NCBI GenBank assembly: GCA_000002445.1
Contig: CP000067.1
Span: 192,001 to 256,000, forward strand
Direction of reading: 5' to 3'
Length of the DNA stretch: 64,000 nt
Source of the DNA: Trypanosoma brucei
Lineage: Eukaryota
In this document: positions 41,778 through 55,300 of the stretch, one piece after another
Layout of the letters: each line of letters opens with the position of its first letter
Numbering within the stretch: position 1 is the first letter of the stretch
Program-made: the position numbers and the translations under genes
Notes under the pieces: generated by a model
Seen by the model: only the letters and a program-made list of their open reading frames with translations
Told to the model about the DNA's origin: nothing
Database searches by the model: none

Positions 41778-43016
41778 TCACCACGGCGCACTCATCTCAG
41801 GCAAAAGCACCTCTACTGGAGCTTTTGGAAAAGTTACACGAACGGTTGTGCCGCTTCCCGGGGTGGTGTAAATGTCAATGCGCCCATTCCAGAGATCCAT
41901 ATACACTTTAGAGACGGGTAAACCAAGACCGAACCCGCTGATGAGTTGGCACAAGGAAGTATTTGTGGACCAGCCAAACTGCCAAAACTTGCCGGCGACC
42001 TCGAGGCTGACACCATCGGCAGTGTCCACCACATCAACGATAACGTGCGTGTCGTTTGTTGCAAAGTACACCTTCAACTCCATGTCTGTTGCCTTCGACA
42101 TAAGCGCCACACAGGCGTTCTTTATAATCTCTCTAAAGACATACGCAAGGTGTCCCTCAACAGAACGAACCACATCTGACGGCTGAGCTTGCGGTCCGCA
42201 GCCGGGTCGGGCCGTAGGGGAAACAGTTATGCTTGAAGTCGCTAATTGGCCTGCGGGAAGGGTGGTGAAGAGGTTAGGCCGCTCCTCAACCGTTATTGCC
42301 AGCGAACCACCGTGAGCGGCCTGCACCACACGTGTGTAAAGATCAATAACAACCATTCCCGCATGCTGCAAAAGTGAAGCAACACACGGGTCGACACGAA
42401 TAACGGGGCCAAACCGCCCCGGCCCAACGAGATGGAGCAAATGTTCATGGATCACACGCCATGAAACGCGGCGGCGGCAAAAACAATAGATCCAGTAATT
42501 GACGTCCGGCGAATTGATACACTTCTCGTTAACAGCAACGTCCAGCAAATTTTCCCGCGGACGCAGACCCTCCAGCAAGTCAATGAAGCGAGTTTGCACG
42601 GAATCTTGTGCGTCCTCTGAGAACTCCAACGCCTTGTCGACGCCTTCCCCATCACTAATTTCGCTAGACAAAGTGGAACCAACGTCGCAAACCTTGTCAC
42701 TCTCCGGTTGCTGGAGATACGGATCAACCATCTCTGTCAAGGCGACACATCGCTCAAACTCACTCTTGCAAATACTCTCCAGTGGAACCAACTGAGCGGC
42801 GGTTTCACGGTCCAAATTTCGTTTCAGGATTTGGCTCGCGAAAGCTCGGTAACTGCGTGCCGTACGAGCGGTCAGTTGCTCAACAGCGGCGCGTATATGC
42901 TGGCGGTCATTCCCTTTCATGTCGCGCAAGTCCATAGGACGGAGTGGTACCTCTAAAAACTTCTTTAGAGCTCGGTTACTGCATCTCGGTGTTGCTGAAG
43001 CGAAAAGACATCTCAT
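41778..43016 (-). CDS. Mitochondrial PDK/BCKDK-family protein kinase (GHKL/histidine-kinase-like ATPase fold)
   Basis: The track start is GTG; the first ATG is 43014-43016 (MRCLFASATPRCSNRALKKF, presequence-like). The C-terminus carries the family N-, G1- and G2-boxes: HLAYVFREIIKNACVALM, VIVDVVDTADGVS, KFWQFGWSTNTS...SGFGLGLPVSKVYMDLWNGRIDIYTTPGSGTTVRVTF. Confidence 0.75.
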   Translation of the reverse strand: MRCLFASATPRCSNRALKKFLEVPLRPMDLRDMKGNDRQHIRAAVEQLTARTARSYRAFASQILKRNLDRETAAQLVPLESICKSEFERCVALTEMVDPYLQQPESDKVCDVGSTLSSEISDGEGVDKALEFSEDAQDSVQTRFIDLLEGLRPRENLLDVAVNEKCINSPDVNYWIYCFCRRRVSWRVIHEHLLHLVGPGRFGPVIRVDPCVASLLQHAGMVVIDLYTRVVQAAHGGSLAITVEERPNLFTTLPAGQLATSSITVSPTARPGCGPQAQPSDVVRSVEGHLAYVFREIIKNACVALMSKATDMELKVYFATNDTHVIVDVVDTADGVSLEVAGKFWQFGWSTNTSLCQLISGFGLGLPVSKVYMDLWNGRIDIYTTPGSGTTVRVTFPKAPVEVLLPEMSAPW

Positions 43017-43464
43017 ACTACCTGTTCTGGTTATGTTAATGAGCACGGAAGAAGAAGGATAAAAAAAAACGAAACGGAAGAAATAAATGCACGAACTTAC
43101 TCAATCCCCTCACCGACTCGACTGGTTGCTTCAGCACCCTTTGCCCTCCATGTGAAGCCGGGAGTAAACAAAATAAGTGAAAACCATATGCAAGTACATT
43201 TGATTGTCAGGCGGCTCCCCCTCCCCTACCCAACAACAAAAAAAAAACGATCATCTCCCCTTTGTAGCGCGTGGACACCATGTATTTAGCTTCCGTCACC
43301 ACCAGTTAGGTTGACTGGGATGCTAAAGTTGATCTTCCACCGTTGCCACATTTTGGTAACGGATGCACACACCTTTCTTTTGCAAGGGCAGCGGGGTGAG
43401 AGCAAGTGGAACGGGGAGGGAAAATATATACAAAAACAAACAGCCGTCGTTAAGGAGAGCCTCG

Positions 43465-44031
43465 TTACGGTTTTCCTTTAGACAATTCATATGCCTTCCT
43501 CCCTGCCTCACGTTCTCGTCCTATAACTTGCTCCAAGTCTGACCACAACCGCGCTTCATCCACCAAATGCTGCTGCACTCCGGAATCGTACCAATCGACG
43601 TACAACCTACGCCGTTCCTTACCCTTGACAACTCCGTGCTCTATCCATTGCAACTTCTCTAGTTCCTCCATGCCAAAAGCCCAATTGTCAATTATGATGT
43701 GTCTTATCTCGTCCTGCTTTTTCCCTAAAGCCTCCCTCTCCTCTCGTTGTCTCCGCTCCTCCTCAAAACGAGCTTTGCGTTCCTCCTCTGCTCGGGTTAA
43801 GTAACGAAGTGCGAGATTGGTGGCAACTATCTCTCCATCAACACGAACATGCGGAGAGGCCTCTTGTTTGGCAATGTCCCTTGCTGTTGGCGGATACTCC
43901 TCACCAAGAAGAGAAATCCGCCGCTGCACATCAGCCGCCAAACGCTCCTCCTCCGTTTTCGTCTCATGGCGACACCAAAGCAGTGTGCAGTCTGCCAAAT
44001 GTACACCTGCCGCCTCTATATTATTTCTCAT
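43465..44031 (-). CDS. Hypothetical charged/coiled-coil protein (about 188 aa)
   Basis: The track start is TTG; the first ATG is 44029-44031 (MRNNIEAAGVHLADCTLLWCRHETKTEEERLAADVQRR...). Glu/Arg-rich heptad-like segments. Confidence 0.4.
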   Translation of the reverse strand: MRNNIEAAGVHLADCTLLWCRHETKTEEERLAADVQRRISLLGEEYPPTARDIAKQEASPHVRVDGEIVATNLALRYLTRAEEERKARFEEERRQREEREALGKKQDEIRHIIIDNWAFGMEELEKLQWIEHGVVKGKERRRLYVDWYDSGVQQHLVDEARLWSDLEQVIGREREAGRKAYELSKGKP

Positions 44032-44535
44032 TCTTTCTTGGCGGAAAGTTATACACACACTAGTACAAAGCACGGAAAACGTGGGTAAGCGTACATAAGC
44101 ACCGCAAAGAAAGGGAATAAACCCATCATTGAAGGAGAAACCACAAGGAAATATGGAAGTAGGAGAGGAAACAAACTGCCTCAATTCGCACTATAACATC
44201 AACAAAGGGGAGTGACATCAGGCACGTTATGCGTAGCCTCTAGTGCACGTGTAAGCGCTTGCTTGGAGCATTTTGCCAATACGCGCACAGCAGCAGCAGC
44301 GACACATCTCTCTAGCTCCCCATATGGAGGACATGGACATCACCAACAAAAAAATCAGTAAGAATGGTGTTGGTAGGCAGACAAAACTACAACACACAGG
44401 CACAAAAACACAAACACAGGCACCGGCAGCCAAACAGTCACAGAAAATCGAGACAGTTACGAACTTTTTTTCTTGAAATAAAAGTTTGAGTTCTCCTCAA
44501 CACAAACACAAACATGCAAATCCTCCGCACTAACG

Positions 44536-45438
44536 TCACAAGAAGAACTCGTCGACAATGCTCGTGCCACAGCCCTCCTTGTTGCACAACGCTCCTACGC
44601 CAGCTAATGCATTTGCAACGACTTTATGAACCCTGTGGAAATTCTGCTCCGCTTGTGGACTTCGCGCTACAACAAGGATGCGCCAGATGGGAGTATGGTT
44701 GTCCACTTGCTGTATTTTCTCCACACGGAGTTCAACACTAAGGGATGTGGAGCCCCGGTAAAGCTCCGCCACAAATTCGGGCTCTATACTTAGAGATTTG
44801 GTCAGGATCATGTGCGGCGTTCCGACCTTTGAATTGAAACCAGGAAACACAGACTGGAGCTGCGAAAATGTGGTAATACGATCCTTATCCTTCGTGGCAA
44901 CATTGGTTTCGTACAAAAATAACCGCGTGTTGTCGACAGTAATCGCCTTCACGCGGTACGAAGCTTTCTCATAGTCCACGTTCGGGAGGGCCTCCATCGA
45001 TATTGTGCGCTCGGGGTCACACAGAGAATGATCAATGTACAACAATTTCCACAGTACAACTGAGGCAAGGCCCGACTGTCGCGCGAGACGAAAGCCTGCA
45101 CTCTGCAGCGTCGCTTGGGACGTGTCGAAAACATCAAGCTTTATGGCCTGATGACTTGCGGCGACTTCCACGGGTACGACTCGTACACCACTAATACCGA
45201 GAGAAGCAACAATTGTATCCAGCACGGTACTGTTATTTGAGCCGAACCGGCCGTACATGCTGTGAATTGCCATACTTGCTTGTGTCTGGCACGTTGCCAC
45301 CCTCGTTTGCATCGACGCAACCAGCACGACAAAAGCGATAGCGACGGCAGTGAAGATGAGAAGAAAACTCGTTAAGCGCTGTTGGAGCTCGACTACCTCT
45401 CGTCGGTTAAAAGCAGCACGGTGTTCGGTGTGGCCCAT
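44536..45438 (-). CDS. Hypothetical single-pass membrane protein (about 300 aa)
   Basis: The track start is GTG and the first 93 codons are pyrimidine-tract translation. The first ATG is 45436-45438 (MGHTEHRAAFNRR...) followed by the TM helix LLIFTAVAIAFVVLVASM. Confidence 0.4.
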   Translation of the reverse strand: MGHTEHRAAFNRREVVELQQRLTSFLLIFTAVAIAFVVLVASMQTRVATCQTQASMAIHSMYGRFGSNNSTVLDTIVASLGISGVRVVPVEVAASHQAIKLDVFDTSQATLQSAGFRLARQSGLASVVLWKLLYIDHSLCDPERTISMEALPNVDYEKASYRVKAITVDNTRLFLYETNVATKDKDRITTFSQLQSVFPGFNSKVGTPHMILTKSLSIEPEFVAELYRGSTSLSVELRVEKIQQVDNHTPIWRILVVARSPQAEQNFHRVHKVVANALAGVGALCNKEGCGTSIVDEFFL

Positions 45439-46337
45439 CACTACCGCTTGTTGTGGAGCTTTCGCTAAGGAAAAGAACGATAGTTGCAGTGGCGGATGTC
45501 CTTCCACAAGGAAAACGACGATGCGAGTAAGGGAGAACGGAATAGTTTCCCTCCAACAAATACGAACTAAGAAAGGGGCGGAAAGAAGGAGGAAGGGCAA
45601 GAGTTTAAGTACAAAACGGAAGACAACTGAGTAATGTATAGGGACATCTGTGCATACACATGCTGATGGCAGTAGCAGTGGTATGGGGAAAAAATTATGA
45701 AAAGGGAGAGCAGCCACGACAACGGTGTAGGTTACATGTCTTTCTACAGATTAATGGTATTTCCCTCGTCCCTTTTCGTATCCATACATATAGGAGCTGG
45801 AGGCGATGCCCAGAAACAAGTATCGTTGGAAGGGTAGAAAAGAGATGGACAGATAAATATATGTAAAAGAAGTGGTGAGGGGGGATAAAGTAAGCAAAGA
45901 CAGCATCAAAGTGAAGGAAAATACATGGTCTAAAATTATGGCGAGGATAGCGAATGATTATATACATGCAGGCTCAGTGGAACGGTGGAGAAGATCCTTC
46001 CCCGAACGTACCACTCTTTCTACCCATTCTCTATTTGTTATACGCAATGTTGCTTTTATCACATCTCTCTCGGCACTCCCACAGTTCTTGTCCCCATCAC
46101 CATCTCATTGCATTTTTTTCTATCTCTTGCCTTTACTTCGAAGGTTTTACTTCGACCCTCCCCAAAACAAAAGGACACTTAGAAATTTAGCACACGTGCC
46201 CACACAAATGCCATCAGCAAGCCTGAAAGACTAGCGCCCAACAAAACAAACGAAAAATTACACCTCTATGAGTAAGAAGGGAAATCAAAACCAGAAAAGA
46301 AAAAAAGGAGGGAGAAGAAAAAATCAAAAAAAATACA

Positions 46338-49300
46338 CTACTCATCTGAATCGAGAATGAGTGCGACCGACTCTAATGTCCACAAAGATGCGTGTGTGTC
46401 AGTTTTCAAGTCAGCCTCCAACACTAGTCCAACACCAGCCGCGTTACGCCGCTCGGAGGTGACGTACACTGGTGTTTTCAGCACCGATACAGCCTTAATC
46501 TTTGACACCTCCATCGGAATAATCTGCATGACAGGCATTTCAGCAGTCAAAACCTTCTTCACCTGTGGCGCGAGGCAGTGCCTCTCAGTGTCCCAGCGAG
46601 CCCCTTCGATGAAAAGCCCACACACGTACGCACCGTCCTTCGGTCTCTCCTTCACATCATTAGGGGAAAGATAGCGAGTCACTGACATCACCACCGAAGA
46701 ACGGTCCAGAGGCCACTTGTAGCGCCGGCATGTCACCTGCACAAGCGCAGATATATACGATTCAGGCACCATGAGGCCGGTAAGCCACATACATTTCGGT
46801 TCACCATGAGTGGCCCAATCGACATACTGCTTACAACGCTTCTGGAAATGAGCTAACCAGCGAACCAGCTTCTTCCTTGTGGCGGGTGCATACCGTCGCC
46901 ACGACGACGGAAGATGGCCATTGTGTAAAGACGTCGCCAACTCATCAAGCTCACTACTCATGCCAATAATACCAGACAGTGCCTTCTGAAGCTCCTTAAG
47001 AGACAACACAATCACCACGACCAACCGATTCCACCGTTCGATCTCCTGTAAAAGCACGACCTGCGTCGGCTGAAGGTTTTCGTGACCACTCTCCGCTGCC
47101 TTCTCCTTTTCACTCCTCATTATGCTCTTGCGATCCAGTGGTTCTGGGATCTGTGCAAGTATCTCCTCCGTCAACTTCAACAAAACCTCCTCACGAGATT
47201 CCCCTCCCCCTGTCGCTGCCCGCACTGATCGCGGCATCATTTCAATAAGACTAGCCCACATACCATCCACAGCATTTCGCAGGTAACCCGTCTCCGCATT
47301 CGGGTGCAATCCAAAGACCTCAGGTGTATTATCCTTCGGGAAGGCCTCAACATGGGCCATCATCTGCTGAAGCAGCACTCGTTTGTTCACATCGTTGCTG
47401 TCGGCGGGGAGGCAGTAGTCGACTACGTCGTTCTTGAAGAAGTGGAACGACTGGAATGTGTCAAAGAGGAAATCGCCAAAGTACTCCTCAAGGTACGTCT
47501 TAACAATGCGTCTGTCCATGCTGTCGGTCACACGCCCACCATACATGACTTCACCAACTAGGTAACGCAACGTATCCCATGGAATAGGGTCGTCGTTCTG
47601 GTGGGCCTTAGCCAAGTACGTATCCAGCAACCGCATGGAGACGGAGAAGTCCGTCTCGTTAAAGTCGTACACAACGTTCCAGCCGATCTTTCCATACTTT
47701 CGTCGCTCCTGCACAACAGCGTGAAAGAAAGCCAATGCGAAGACAAGTGGGCGGAAGGCACTATGCGGACATTCTTCCAGTTGATCCTCCGTCACCTTGG
47801 AGAGAGTGTTCTTCATATTCATCTTCAAGCCATTGGGTGGCTCGTTCACCACCTTCAGAGACCGCTGCAAAATACCCATTGGGAAGTCACGACTCGGCTC
47901 AGTGGTGAGCCACAGGCGAAACTCCTCTTGAGGAGGTGTCTGGTTCATTCTCTCAATGACCTTCTCCAGCTCCTTCATCCACGTAGTGAGTAAGTGACAG
48001 TTCTGCAGCAATACCCAATGTCCTCGTCCCACACCAACCTCTACGAGCTTCATAGCCTCTTCTCCTTGTCCCTGACCAAGTGAAATGGGTCGCAGTTTCT
48101 GAATTCCAACCTCCTTCGTGGCCAACTTGATGATTTCATCCGTGGGGTTGGCACCAGGTGAAACGATGCAGACAATTGGGGACGTGGAAGAGCTCTTGTC
48201 CAGCACGTCTTTGTAGCTCAGAATCGGGGGTATAACGTACTCCTCACCAAGTAGTTCACAGTTACTAACGAAGTTGGAAACAGCAGTGTAGATACGGTCA
48301 TGGCGGAAGCAACGGAGCAAACAGAGAAGCTGGAACTCGGTGATGCGCTCGCTGTACCCGGATGGAAGCGGATTGCTCGGGTCCTCGGGCCGATCCGCCG
48401 TCGCCCAAACACGCCATTCCTCGGAGTTATTGACAACATCGTCGCATACGTTTTCAAAAACCTCGCATGTGTGGGCCAACTTGCAAAGATCGTTCCATTG
48501 CCGCTCAGACATCCACTCAACCGTGTGTGGTGGGTAATCCTTCGACGCGAGCACACATCCGCGGAGGAAGAACTCCAACTCACTGTGGACCATCTGGTTT
48601 TCTTGAGTGAGAAGTCGGATAGCCATTTGGAAGGAAAGCATCAGTTTGTCCTTCTCGAAAATACCCATGCAAACGTAGCAGTAGAGATTGTAAGTAAGTG
48701 CGCGAATGATATTCCTCAACCGATCCTTTATTTCAAATGATGCGTCACTCTTTGTGATTGAATACCCGAACACATCGTGCAGGAAAGCAGAAAGTGAATA
48801 CTCGTACATAGAGTTAATGACCGATAGCTCCGAGATGACAAAGTAGAGAACAGCTCCTCGGCGTGCCGCGGGACGATACTCCTGACGTGAAAGTTCTGTC
48901 ACACGAGCTGTCTCCTTCGCCTGCTCGAGTTTCTGCTGCACTTCCGTGGCGCTGCTCTTAGTGTTCTCAAGTGTGGCGATAAGCTCGTCGTTGTCAAGAA
49001 TGTTTCCAGTAGCAAGCGTTAGCTCTCGAATAAGCGTATCCTCTAATTCCTTCAGTTGCGCGCGGCTCTCAGCCATGGTTTGCACTAGATCCTCACTTTG
49101 CCTCTGTAGATCGCTACGTTCACTTGCTACAACGAAGTTCAACAACTGACTCTCGAGACCATCCTCCGTAACACCGTAGTTGATAACCATGGTTTTACCG
49201 AACACCTCTGCCGGGTACTCGGGATTGGGCAGTTTGGTGCATAAATACAGCTTGAAGTTCGAGTCCCATACGACATCCTTGTCACCCAAGCGAATGACAA

Positions 49301-52300
49301 GCTGACCTGAATCGTGTCTAAACTGGGGATCCAAGACCGAGTCAATAATTGGATCAATAAACTCATCCACACCTTCAAAGAGGAACGGATTGCCGTATTG
49401 AATAGCAAACTCCAAACGTTTCAAGAAGTCAGCATCACTAAACGAAGCACACTCGAAACGTGGGTTTGACTTGTGCTGCCGTTTGATCCAATTTACCGCC
49501 TGCATCTGTGGGTCAATGCAGAGTGGGAACCGAACTCGTCCTGCCTTCTTCCCGCGTCCAGGGGGTTGTGTGCTCATCGTGGTAAGAATACCATTTTGCA
49601 CGGAGAGATCGTCAGACGGGAGACCGTCACTTGCCCACTGAGAAATGGACACCTCGTCGGTAAGGAGATGTTGGATTGTGAAACCCTCCGAAAGTGGAAT
49701 GTTTCGCTCCCTAATATCCTTCAGCCACACACTCTCTAGCGCCTCTTGCCGATAGCTGAAGGTAAAGGCGCCAAGATATGAAAGGAACGCGGCACCTGCC
49801 AAGCAATCGCCTACTAACCTGTTCCTTACGTCACCAAGCGTCTCCTTCTGTTCCGCCCACCGCACACGTTCGGAACCAAAACCATCGAGCAACTTCCTAG
49901 CTGCATTTAGTCGTCGTTCCATCAGTGCCTTTTCTTGCTGAAGTCGCCGGGCTTCGCTCATACCGGCCTCAAGTCGTTCCTCAAGCATTCGCAAACCAGC
50001 TGTTAGATCCTGAATTTCATCTTGGCACGCAGCTAACTGCCGCTCCGCCTTGGCCTTGGCATCCTGAAGCTCACGCACACGAGCCTGCTTGGGTAGCACC
50101 TCCTTGGCGGTGTTCCAATACGCTTTCATTGCCTCAACCCAAATCATCAGCCCTGAAGCGGCCAAACTTACTTTTTTAAGGTCATTGGAGTTGACGGGAA
50201 ACTCTTTGAGAATCCTATTGATTTCGTTGATTTTCCCCTGATTCAGTGTACCTGCAAGGGAATCAATATCAACCAAAGAACGGATGAAGTCATTCTGCCC
50301 CATCATTGTTCTACCCGACTCCCATGTGGCGGGAACTCCCTTCACGACGCAAACCATACGAACAACCGCCACAACACTCGCCGGTGGCTTGGCAAAGGAT
50401 TTGAGCTCTGTAATACTCTTGGGGTTGATATGCTTAACTGCCTCTGTCGCCTCCTCAAGAGCCGGCATCGCAAGGGCAAGCACCTCTTGGGCCTGCGCAC
50501 TCTCTCTCTCGATTTCTTCGTTCTGTACATTGAGCTCCTCCTCCATCACTAATGCCTCCGCCTTGCGCTTCTCATTCCGTGTCTTTTGGTCTTTAATCTC
50601 ACTCGTCATGCGTTCGTTAATGTCTTGCTTCTCGCGCAGCGTCACTTCCTTCTCTGCAAGTTCCTCCTGAAGAACCTTCACATCCTCTTGTGCGTGGTCG
50701 AGTCTCTCAAGACCAATAGCGAACTTCTTCACGAGATCGTCAATGTCTTCACGGCGTGTGGTCAACAGTTTTGAGTAATTAGCAAGAAACCCTAGGAAGT
50801 TCTTTGGCGTCACGTAGTTATACCGCTTCAATTCCATCTGATACCGTGCGGACAAATCATCAGCCGTTACATGCACGTAAACCACATGATTAACTATAGA
50901 AGCCTTCACTTCCTCAGGAAGGTCCTCAGACTGAAGAATCCTCGTACCAACGGCTTCAAGCGCCTGTGGAGGCCACTTCTGAAACCAGTCGATTGTTGTG
51001 TTATTGATAAGTGCTGGGAAGCTCCGACATCGAGTACGCAGGACCTCCCCCGACGGACTCATTGAGAGCACCACGTGCAAATTATCACGGCAACGCGAGA
51101 CAAAGGCCGTCCATTTGTTGTCCTTCGACGGTGCAAGTTTGTTCGCCTCAAGTTCCCGCAGCACACTGTTGTACAGAGGCTCCTTTTCTTCCTCTGTGAA
51201 GAGAGCTGGAACCATACCGGAGGCAAGCATGTTGTTGATAAGCTCGAGAAACCCTTCCTCCTTGACGTGGCTATCCATAAAGAGGAAAACAACTTGTTTC
51301 TGCTGAACGCCAACTCGAGTGTAGAGTCGCTTCAGGTCCTCGCGAAAACAGTCCTCGTTGTAGTTACGAGAGAGAACCACCTCGAACACCTCCATCTGGC
51401 ATATCGCGGCGGCCAATCGGGTGAGCGACTGCTTACCACTACCACCAACACCAACAAGTAGGCAGTTACCGCGCGGGAGTGATATCACACGTGTGATCCG
51501 GAGGAGGTGATCCAATGCCATGTCAAACATCACTAGATCCATTTTCTTTGTTGGAGTGTTAACCTCATCCAACATCGCCTCCACTAACTGACGCGCCTTC
51601 GAGTACTCGGCCCCAAAATCCTCATATATGTGCTTCCGGGGGTCTTCACTATCCACAACAAAGTCACCAAAGTCACCGAACATCAAGGGATCTGCAATTG
51701 CAGACTCGGCAACATCTGGGAAGTGTCTTCTAATTTCTTCCTCCACGGCACGTGACACAAACCCCTTGTCGTCCTCATCCGACATACGATCGACAAAGAC
51801 ACGGTAAATCTCATTTCGCCACAACCGCACAACGCTCTGTCGGGTAGGGAACTTCTCTGGCGTGGCACGGCAGAGACCCTCGTATACTCGTGAGAAATCT
51901 CGCAAATTGAAGATGTAGTGGAACTTCGCTGGGGTTGCAGGAAGGGATACGAACAACCGTTGGTAGAGGTTGAGCGTCATAGTGGTGAGTGGTATGGACA
52001 TATCTGCCACCTCCTTTGACATCGACTTATAAGCGTCGGTGAGAATTTGACCGTATATAGTGTTGATCGATTCATCGGAAGGAAACAAAACGTTAAACAC
52101 CGTGAAGAGTGATACGAAACGGGGATCAAGAGCATTACGACCACCTCCAGGAGGAGCCATGGCTGATACGAACTGCGTGTCACGCACATTCTTGAAAAGC
52201 AAATCTTTGCGGTCGTACCACGACTGGTGCTCAATGAGAAGTTTAAGGAAGGCAATAGGCTGCTGCGTACCATATAAGTCTACCTTGGGCATATTTATGT

Positions 52301-55300
52301 CGTCGATAAAAACAACAAGCCGCTTCTTCGCTGGAGGTCCGAGAACGGTGTTGGTGCGTTTCTCAATATTATCCTCCATAGCCCTCTGAGCATCGAGGCT
52401 GGTAGTACGAGAACTGAAGTTCATCTCGAGAATCATTTCCTCAAGGTGTACATCTCCATCAGTGTCCATCTCCAGGGACTTCTGCTTCAACTGACGAAGA
52501 TATGTTTGTATGGTTACCGTCTTAGCAGTGCCACTCTTACCGACAAGCATGACAGGAGTGCGGTTCAGTACAATTTTGTTCAGCAGCCACATATTACGCT
52601 CCGTATCGGGTGTACCGACGAGTAGTGAGCCAAACTTTGCCCCTGGTGGTCGCTCGAAGGGGCACACAAGTACGTGCCACGGCTTCCAACGGTTGTCCTC
52701 AAGATCAAAGAAGTAGTCGTACATTGTTTTACGCTCTGGAAGAGAGCCGCTTCCAACAAACCGAGTAAGGAACTTGTCACCAACGTCTTGCATGTTCCAC
52801 CCGGTAATCTTCTTCAAAAACTTATCGAATCGCAGTCGATCTTCCTCAGTGGTGATCAGGGCGCCGAAGCTCCAAACAGAGCAAAAAATGAAGACACATT
52901 GCAGCGCCTTTGGTTCGAGCGACGTCTTCTGAGATGATACAGTGTCAATTAAGGTAGTCAACTGCCGCACCATGTTTAGGTCAGAGGTAGGTATAACTGC
53001 CTTCGGAGGATCCGAAATCTCCTCTCCATCAATGCCTTCAAGCACAAAGTTGATGAGGGGTTCAATGTATTTGTCAATCAGTTCGTTGAGGGTTTCTAGC
53101 TCATCCCTCGGGCGGTTTAACTTCCAAGAGTGCATGAACGGTTTCCAACCGAGGTTTATGGGATCCAGGAAGACCATACCCACACGTGACACGGTGGCAG
53201 GGGACGCGTACTGAAGGTCACCGACTTCAAAGAGAAGTGAACTTGTTGGCAAAAGACGGATACGTTCACCGTTGGGAAGTGTAAGTAATTTGTTGTCGTC
53301 CATCACAGAATTCATGTCCTCAACCCATTTAGCGTCCACATCACCGTCGAAAACTACATACCGCCGCTCTCGCTCGCCTCCTTCCACAGGTCGGTTGATG
53401 GCACGGAAAATGTTTGAGAAAATACCATCAGCCCAGCTGCGAGTCATTGGGTCCATTACACCGTACAGAACAGTTGTAGGTTGCGCCTTAGGATTCACGA
53501 CAAAAAGTTTTGTCGGGAGACCGAGTTGTGTCTGAGACTTACACAAACAGTCAATAACAGTCGACTTACCGCCACCGGTGGGTCCTACGACCATCGAAGT
53601 GTGTCGAGTTTGCATTGTTTCATATAACTGGACAACCTTATCAACCTGTTTGGCATCGATGTAGAACCCCTTGTCCTTGAATACCTTTGTCGCAGCCCGA
53701 GAAAGATTTTCCTGAGGCGCACGTGTAGGATCAAGACCGGGGAATAAATCGCCGATAAGACCCTTGAAGAGGGGCTCATCTTCCGCAACGAACTTGGGAG
53801 TGTTCATGTCACGTAGCGCCCGCATCAGCACAGCTTCCTCCGACAAATCGGGTGCGCCTCGTTTCAGTTGCCCTGCCATCGCCAGCACCGCCTTTAGTGC
53901 CCTAAGACCCCAATCGTAGTGGTGCTGCTTCGAAAGTTGTCCGCGAGCGAGTTGATAGAGCGTCACCATCTTCTTTGCAAGTTCACGAGCGGTGGCAAAG
54001 CCCTCTGAGAAGAGCATATTCTCGGCAATAAGCTCCATATCGGGAACCACCATCACCACAGGACGGAAAAGAGCCTTCAGGTTATCTGGAAGCTCCACGC
54101 GACCAGCGTAACCCGGGTTCATGGTGATGAAAACACCAACGGTCGGCACAAGTCGTATCATTGTATCTCCGAAAAGAAATTCCTTTTCCCTCGTCTTCAG
54201 TGCACTCTGGATACTACGCAACTGCTCGGACACCACGGAAAGTACCGGTAACTCAATACGGTTGAACTCGTCGAAGCAACCCCACGAACCGGACTGCGAT
54301 AAGCCAGAAAAGATTGTTCCCATAGCTTTGTAGTCAAGACCCTCTCCACAGTTGAAAACAACACAATGAATGGACATCGCCTTCGCCAGATCCTTCACAG
54401 ATTCAGTCTTTCCCGTCCCTGCAGGGCCACCAGGAGCTCCGCCAAGGTAGAATGATAACGCCTGCGTAAGTGTCATGAAGCACCGATCAGTTAACGGTGT
54501 GATCACGAGGCGGCCGTTGAGTCCCATGTATTCATAACCATACTTAAAGTGACCTGTGCACTGCCGAATAGCACATGTGTCGCCATCCCGCTCCCAGTAG
54601 AATCGTAGCTGCGACTCCCAGTCGAATTCACGCACATCCGTTATGGAATCCCTTACAAACCGATCCACAATGTCGCGACCGTGGACATCCACAATAATCA
54701 GTGTGTTTATCTTCTTGGCGTACTGCTTATCTATGTCTTTATCCATCTCCCCCACCAAATCAATCAGTTGACGTGTTAGCTTACCCGAGAGATCCTTGAC
54801 TGCATTTTTCTTCCCCTTCTTCACTGCGTTGAAGGAATCCTCAACCTCAAACGTCCACCAGATCTTCGCACCCGTGAGGGTCACCATGCCATGATTCTTC
54901 TTCACCCAGTCCAAACGGGGCATCCGTGGGTAATAGTAAACACCTCCTTTAAGAAGATCATGCAGTGAGGCGTGTGTCTCGTCCAGTACAGCCTGCAGCC
55001 ACTCTTCCACAGGTGTATCTTCGGTTCGCACCTGTCTATCGAAGTTTAGTCGTTCACCCTCCTGTGACTCCACGCCACACACCGTATCATCATCCTCATT
55101 CTTGAATATAATCCGCGCAGAGTTGTCAAACATCTTCAGCATATGGTCCTGCACCGCTCTCGCCCTATTGGCAGCCAGAATGGATAACAATTCGTCATCC
55201 GAAATGAAGTAAAACCTTGGAAACATGCGTCGCTTCGTCTCGAGGAAGTTTGACAGATCCTTCTGGCACTCTTCAAGTTTCTCCTCAAGGTAACGGAACT